From the NCBI RefSeq assembly GCF_009914755.1, contig NC_060930.1: DNA of 64,000 nt, one strand, 5' to 3'. Positions 56,316-64,000 of this stretch are shown piece by piece. Within the stretch, counting starts at the first letter, position 1, and the number at the start of each line of letters is the position of its first letter. Source of the DNA: the human T2T-CHM13v2.0 reference genome, Homo sapiens. The notes under the pieces were generated by a model that ran no database searches, was not told where the DNA came from, and was given only the letters and a program-made list of their open reading frames with translations. The translations under genes were made by a program, and so were the position numbers.

Positions 56316-57811
56316 TGGGCAGTGCTCAGGCTTCTTTTTTTGGTACTCGCTACACAGCTGGGTGGCCCTGTCTGCAGCCTTCATCCTGAAGGGGCCCTTC
56401 TCCAAGACGGCGTGGGTGTGTGTGTGCCTTGCTGTTGCCTGCTATTGAAGCAGAAGGGTTGAGCTTGCCCCCGCCCTACCAGGGGCCCTGGCACCTGCAG
56501 CTGCCCCGGACCCTTGGCCAGCCTCAGCATGGTGGGGGATGGGGGTGCCCCTGGACCTGCCTTAAGGAGATGAGGTGCTTTCTTCTCCAACCTCTTATTT
56601 TTTTCCCTTACACGGTGTGGGTGTTGTTTTAATATTTTAATTTTTAACACTAAAATACATCTTAATCTTTCAAAAGACTGTATAGTAGGGTCTATTTGAG
56701 GAACAGGAGCCAGCTTGTCTACTGCACCCATATGCTGCAGCATTGGTTGGCTCAGTCAGAATGAATGAGCTAGGTTTATGTGCTGTGACCTGTTTTGGTG
56801 GTTATGATTCATTAGGTGAAAAGGCGAGCTGAAGAAACTCCACTGATACGGGTTTATAGATGCACATATGCTTGAGACTGGAACCACCACGTGCATCAAA
56901 TTGTCATTAACGATTATCTGGGAAGTGGGCTCAATGGGAATGGTCTCCTGACACACTTTCCATTTTCTGCGCTTGTCTATTGCTTGGGCCTTTTATAGTG
57001 AGCATACTGCATCTTTGTGTTTGACAGAAAATAACTGAGTCCTGTCCATTTGGAAGAAGCACGTGATCTCTGTGTGCTTGGACAATGTGCCGTCTCTCCC
57101 GGGCTCTCCAAAGCCTCAGAGGACGCCAGGCTTGGGGAGACAGGGCCTTTCACAGGGAAACCCCAAAGTCTTCCTTGGCTCCAGGAAGCACGGACCTGCT
57201 GTTCACAGGGCAGGAAGCAGGCACGACAGGCTGCCCCGCCAGAGGCAAGGAGCAGGGTGCACAGGGGCTTGCCACCAAGAAGCAGCAGTAGCCCGAGAAT
57301 ACCGGTCACCTGGAGCCAGCGCAGACCCATGAAAAGCTCTGTCGCCGAGTGTCTCCACTCAGTGTCATCCACCTGCAGCAAAGGAGAAGCCACAGGCACC
57401 CCCAGAGGAAGGCAGGGAGCTGCCCATCCGTCCCCGCCAAGCTCCAGCACAGGGCTTTCTTCAGAAGCAGGAAATGATGCCAATGAGCAGAGCTGTCTGC
57501 GGAGGACAGGGAGGGAGCACTCCCAGCTGTCGGGGAGTGAAGTGGCAGCTGCATCACCACCCAACAGGGAACGTGTAGAATCCAGCCCCAGGTGGGAGGC
57601 TGGACCGTCCAGGCTGCGGAGGGGGTCCCAGGCCTGGTATTCGAGGGCCTCGCACTCATCCTGAAGTCTAATCTTTCCCTGTGATTGCAAGCTGAGCCTG
57701 CTCCTCATCCACGGCACAACTGCCTATACAGATGGCCTTCGTCCCAGCCCTGATGCCACCTCTCCCAGGGTGGTGCTGTCAGCACCCACCAGCCCCTTGC
57801 CCTCCACTCAC

Positions 57812-58010
57812 CCACAAAGAAGACGAGGATGAAGCTGGCCAGCGTCAGGGAAGACCCGCTCCTGATCATGCTGACCAGGAACTGGAAGAAAGGGTAGAGC
57901 ACCAGCGAGGCCCAAAACAGCCAGTTCACGAGGGTCCAGGGCCGCCGGGGGGGCACCATGGGCGTCTCTGGGAAGGTGCCCGTCCTGTAGTACTCCTCCT
58001 GAAAGGCATC
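57812..58010 (-). CDS. AGPAT4: AGPAT4 penultimate exon (199 nt): DAFQEEYYRTGTFPETPMVPPRRPWTLVNWLFWASLVLYPFFQFLVSMIRSGSSLTLASFILVFFV (C-terminal TM helices)
   Basis: minus-strand tttcctgtcccccag acceptor, GTG G|gtgagt donor; inside ORF 57705..58046. Confidence 0.96.
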
Positions 58011-60225
58011 CTGGGGGACAGGAAAGAGGACCCTCAGACGCCACACGGGGCTCGGTGGCAGGTCCCTCCCGAGGCCCTGCTTCCAAGGGAATCGCAGAGA
58101 TACACAGGTGCCACCGGGGCTCGGCAGAACTGGGGTCTGCAGCTCCTTCCAGAAAGCACTTTGTAGGCAGCTGCTGTCTTCTCAAAGCTGCATCTGGCCG
58201 CCCCTCCCACAGGGACACTGGGAGTGGTGGGGCCGCTGCAGCTGTCACTGAGTGCAGGGCGTGGAGCATGAACCCTGGCGCCAGGCCAGCCTGGGCTAGG
58301 ATCCACCCTCTGTGGGCAGGCACCTGCATCCCTGAGCCCAGGCCCCAGTCTGTCTAATGGGGCAGCAGTGCCTTCCACGATAGGTCGGCGGGAGAATGGA
58401 GTGGATGCTGCGCCGAAGCTGCCCGCAGGGGACACTCGGTGGAGACCTGGCCCGCAGTCAGGAGGAGCTCGCCCAGCCCGGCCCGGCACATGCCCCGCCT
58501 TCCCGGCCTCCACAGCCAGTTCACCTCGGGCAGCCCACCCGCACCTACCACCCTGTTTGCCACTGGAGGGCTCTGAGGGCCGTGATTCAAGGCATCATGA
58601 ATGACAAAGGGCTTGAGGGCTGCTGGGTGTGGCTCTCAGAGGTGACAGCACACTCAGGACTGGGTGTCCAGGGTGACTCTTCTAAGTGATTGTTAGACCG
58701 TGTGAAAGGTAAACAAACAGGCTCATGTCCTTCCACTAAGCAGATCCTTAGTGGGAACCATGTACTCATCCACATCCACCCACAGGGTGTGTGTGTCACC
58801 GAGCAGCTTGCAGGGCAGTTACTCCAGAGCCTCATGGCGCTCCTTGCAGTCCCTGGGTGAGAACAGGGGACTCACGGCCCCACATAAATGCACTGCGAAA
58901 GAACGCGGTGGCTCTTCCCTGGGTGTCTCATGTCACGGAGCTCCCGCTCAGGGACTGGGGCTCAGCCGCAAGGAGCTGCTGAACACAAGGGAGGGACCCA
59001 GGAACCCAGGTCAGCAGGCGTGCTCAAGCGGCTGGGAGCTGAGCTGAGCCAGGACCTGGGGGGAACAAGGAGCTGTGGCACCAGGATGCCCGCTGGCCCG
59101 TCTAAGGGCAGGTCCTGGCCGTGAGGAGGGGCCAGGGCAGAAGCTGCCTGCAGGGAGCAGAGCTGAACCAGGCAGCCACAGGGAATTGCCCAGGTTGTAT
59201 GGTGGGCAGCTGCCTCAGCTATTGTAAAAGCTGCACGTGGCCGATAGCATGCACGCCACACAAAAATGGGTGTGGGTCACAGTGAGGCCCAGTTTGTGTC
59301 CCATGAACTAGCCTAGTAATGTCCCAGTTCTCTAAGGAGTCGAGTTTTCTGGAAAATGAGCTTCCTTATAATTGAAACTTATACTACTTAAATGCTGAAT
59401 ATTTTCCTTTAACAACTTGAGATAGAAAAGTCTAAAGTATCTCATACTTTTCTTCTTTTTCATTCAGGGTGTACTGAATCATAGGCTTTCTTGGCCTCTC
59501 AGAGGCACTTTTAATAATAGTCCACACACTAGGCCATTTTGGAAGGAGAACCCCCAACCCCTTCCCTGGGCAGTTCAGGTGCCTCTGCTCTGTCCTCGGC
59601 CCCCTGCAGCCCATTAACAAGCCTGGTCCGAAGCGTCACTTGTCGCGTGACTCTGCTGTTGGACATCAGCCAAGAGAAGCCATGGGGGCTCTCAGGGGAA
59701 GTCACATCATCAAGCAACTGAAGAACAATCAACGTGTGTGCCAAGCACTCCTACCCTCAAGCAGTGAGAGCGATCAGATGGTGGAGGAGACAAGGAGGTG
59801 AGCACCATGACGGTCAGCAGCACAGGCAATGCCCAGAGAGGTGGCACCCAACTCTGCCAGGGAAGCAGCGGCATTCGCCTGCCCACCAGAACGGGGTGAT
59901 TTTCTTATCCCAGGTTGGGGCCACAGGGCACCTGATAACTAGACAAGGGGGGTGATATTTTTGTGCCTTGTTTTTTTTTAAAAAAAAAACAGCTTTCTTA
60001 AGATGTCACTTACATGCCATAGAACTCACCCATTTTAAAAAATGGGCAAATGTGGCTTTTGAATTTATTTTCCTTAACAGTCTTTATAGTGCTTTTTTAC
60101 AGTAATATCACAAAGGGGAACTCACCATGGTGCCTTTTCTGTCTTGTTTCCAGAAAGACATTTGCTAGGCCAAGATTGTTTTATTTGCACCTCTAGCAAG
60201 AAGAAAAAAGCACTCCCTTTTCTAG

Positions 60226-60543
<318 letters not shown>

Positions 60544-61475
60544 CCATTCACTTTAAAGTTTTCTTTGTCTGTGGTTTAAAACACTAAATCTCATCCCCTC
60601 CCCTCACTTATGGCCCATGACATTGCCACAGGACCTCCCACTGACTATCGGGGAGAGAACAGCACCGCCAGCTCTGGCCAGACTCCAGGCTCTGGCAGCA
60701 GAATGTCTGTGGCCCATCTTGGTTGTGGACCCGTTTTGTAATAAAATTTGCCCCGCAGGGAAAGGACTCGTGTTTTTTGTTTTTGTGTGTTACCGTGTGG
60801 CATAGTATAAAGTTGGAACTGGGAAATGTAGTTATTGAATGAAGGAGAGTTGGTTTGTTTCCAGAAAGAAGCATCAACCTACAAGCCAAGAGGAGAACGA
60901 GATCCTATTGAGAGGCGGCAGATCCCCGGACGAACGCCCCCTGCAGCCCGCAACAAAGGCACTAGGGAGGAAGCGTGCGAAGGAGACGTCCACACAGCAC
61001 GTCCGCTCAGCTTTCCCAGGGCCCAGGAGAAGAAAGAAGGGAGAAAAGAACGGGAGGAAGAACAGGAAAGAACGAAGAATAGAAGAGAAAGTTGAGGAAC
61101 AGAGAGGAAGAAGCGGCTCCTCTTAGTCAGCAAGTCTGGGCGGGGAGAGGCTCTGTGAGAAGCGCTCGCAAGCCTTGGTCTCAGCCCGCAGACACCACCC
61201 GAGTGCACGGCCAGGACTTGCAAAGGACTTACCATGGGGGCCAAGCCTTGAGGCTCCCTGCTGCCCTTCTAAGGAGCAATGCCCTTATGGTTTAAGTGAA
61301 AAAACAATTGCCAGTCCCCAAAATGGTTCTTGTCCTTGAAGGCCAGAGCAGGAGAGCACAGTGTTTCCCACGGGCCACCATGCCTGCACCCTGAACTCTG
61401 CACCCCACCCAGAGCTGCTCCCGACCTTGGCCTCCACAGGACGGCTCTGAATGTAGCTGTCTTTCACTTATTTCT

Positions 61476-61774
<299 letters not shown>

Positions 61775-63052
61775 TCACCTATTTCTTAATTTGCACTATT
61801 AATGGCCAAGTTATAGTCCCTTCTGCAAATGTCAAATTACAACCTGAAGAAGTACTTTAAGTTAGAAATGAAAAGTTAGAATCTGTTCACCCCATACAAT
61901 TAAGAAACCGTGATGGCTATCGTGACCTCCCTGGAAAAAAGGGGGTTCTGAGGTTGTAGGTTCAGCCTCAGAGCGAGTTTACCTGGGAACTGCTTTTGTC
62001 CACAGAAGATCACACAAGGGCATGAATGGTTTCTCAAAGCCTTCCAACAACACGAGTCCCAAATGCTGACGAGCAAGAAATACTGTGCATTTTTCATAAA
62101 GCTAAACTAGGTCCACTCAAAGGATGGCCCTGTTTTCAGAGATGGTGCCTTTCCCATATTAAAGAGTATAACTGTGTCAGTGGTAGATGGCGAGTTTCTC
62201 TTTATTTATGTCCATGCTTGGAAAGACCAGAATGTTGGCACACCTCTGTTGGCTGCCTGCCATTCCCCTCCCATTTTGCAGAAACTTTACTTGTCCATGA
62301 AATTGAAAAGTCAGAGAACTACTGCCCTAAAATCCCAAGGTCAAAATCAACAGAACTGTCTTTTGACATACACCACACTTCTGACTGCAAGGTTGATCAT
62401 TAAAATGAAATCCCACTTTGACAAACTGGGTCGGGCACCCAGATTTGGGGCACGTAAAGCTTTAGATCTAGGCTCCTAGCAAAATAGGCTGATACAGAAA
62501 GGAATTGTCCCTTGATGTCTATTCACCACTCTGCTTGGAGAAACCATGCACCACTTCCACTTGCTGCTCAGCGATCTTCTCGGAAGGGCAAAGGGCCAGC
62601 CTCCCAGGCCTGCTCACAGACACATACTGCTTAGAGAACTCGGTGTCGCCCCAGCCCTGCACGGAGAGAGAAAGGGCCTGGACTCCAGCACCTGGCTTTG
62701 ATCAGTGAGCTGGAAAACTGGGTAAATCACTTCATCTTTCGGACCTGAATTTCCTCATCAGTAGTGTAAGAGCTTTGGAGTAGATGATCACTTTGAGAAC
62801 CCTACCAAGTTGAACACTATCATTTAAATGTGAACATAGTTTAGAGGAAAACACCCTAAGAGACTTTTAACAAGAAGGAGATGTGCCTCTCAGCTTGGTT
62901 TACACGATGACCACACTCTGCCTGAATACAGGGGAGGAAGGGCCCGTTGAGAAAAATCTCCTTTGCCTTGATGGGCTTGAGGGCCCACGTTTATTGTAGA
63001 TTTGTTTGTGTGGCTCTTTACAAAAGAGGCTCATTTTCTAAACCTTTTCTTA

Positions 63053-63451
<399 letters not shown>

Positions 63452-63559
63452 TCATGCATGAAAACAGAAGGGGGAAATTCATATGGTTTTCTGTTTCTCT
63501 GTCGGGGCACATATGTGCATCGGTGCAGAACCTCGATAACTTAGAATCTTGTTGTTAAA

Positions 63560-63710
63560 AAGCTTCAGGCCTCAGACCATCTCCATCAAAGCCATCTGCA
63601 TCAGAAGCAGTTTGCTGGAAGTACACATTTCTAGGTTCTACCTCTAACCTGCAGAGACAGAATCACTGGGGTTCGGGCCTGGGAATCTGCACAACTCATG
63701 CTCTAATGAC
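63560..63710. mobile_element. MER5-family MITE fragment
   Basis: gcatcagaa...cagaatcactggggttcgggcctgggaatctgca. Confidence 0.55.
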
Positions 63711-64000
63711 AAGGTAAATGAGTCCATACATACAATTTGTAATTTGTGTATTTGTAAGGGGAGACCAGAGAGCAATGCCCATAACCTACATAGGAAAGAG
63801 GCCCACATGCCAGCTCTGTGCAGTGATGGTATAAAGGCATCATCAGGGAAAAAAGGTATCAGGATCTTGATTCCAAAAACTGAGCAAACTTACAAGAGCT
63901 TCTCTGCTAAAGGTGATGGCAAGTCTTTTGGACTGAAATTTGTCTAAAGGAGGCAAATTTAGCTTATCCATCATACTAGAGTCTGTTAAGAGTCTTGTGG

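Noticed and set aside
56977-57717. 246-aa and overlapping 204-aa ORFs
   Set aside because: GC-rich intron is open in several frames on both strands; low-complexity peptides with no recognisable domain

Overview
This is human (primate) genomic DNA that I recognise from recalled protein sequence as the MAP3K4–AGPAT4 tail-to-tail locus on 6q26. The + strand (about 1–35.8 kb) carries the last 21 exons of MAP3K4 (MEKK4/MTK1), numbered here 7–27 assuming the recalled 27-exon gene. All have GT-AG boundaries and splice in frame (2,569 coding nt), through the full kinase domain to ...FVKVCTDEE*. A ~9.7 kb nested LINE-1 block follows (an old L1MB interrupted by a near full-length L1PB). The − strand carries the last two coding exons of AGPAT4 (LPAAT-delta) and its ~6.5 kb 3'UTR with proximal and distal poly(A) signals. 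Introns hold Alu, L2, MIR, hAT MITEs and two VNTRs. I found no credible new gene or multi-gene system; most ORF-track entries are chance or repeat-derived. The most interesting local features are: (i) a 5x95-bp VNTR built from a MER20 end; (ii) an L1MA fragment that appears to supply the branch point region of kinase exon 22; (iii) an 85-bp direct repeat bracketing the in-frame DFG/activation-loop exon; (iv) a (GCT)9 polyalanine/CUG tract inside the cassette exon; (v) several short templated local duplications; and (vi) a CDE-like hairpin plus miRNA seed cluster in the MAP3K4 3'UTR. Repeat subfamily calls were made by eye and need RepeatMasker confirmation.
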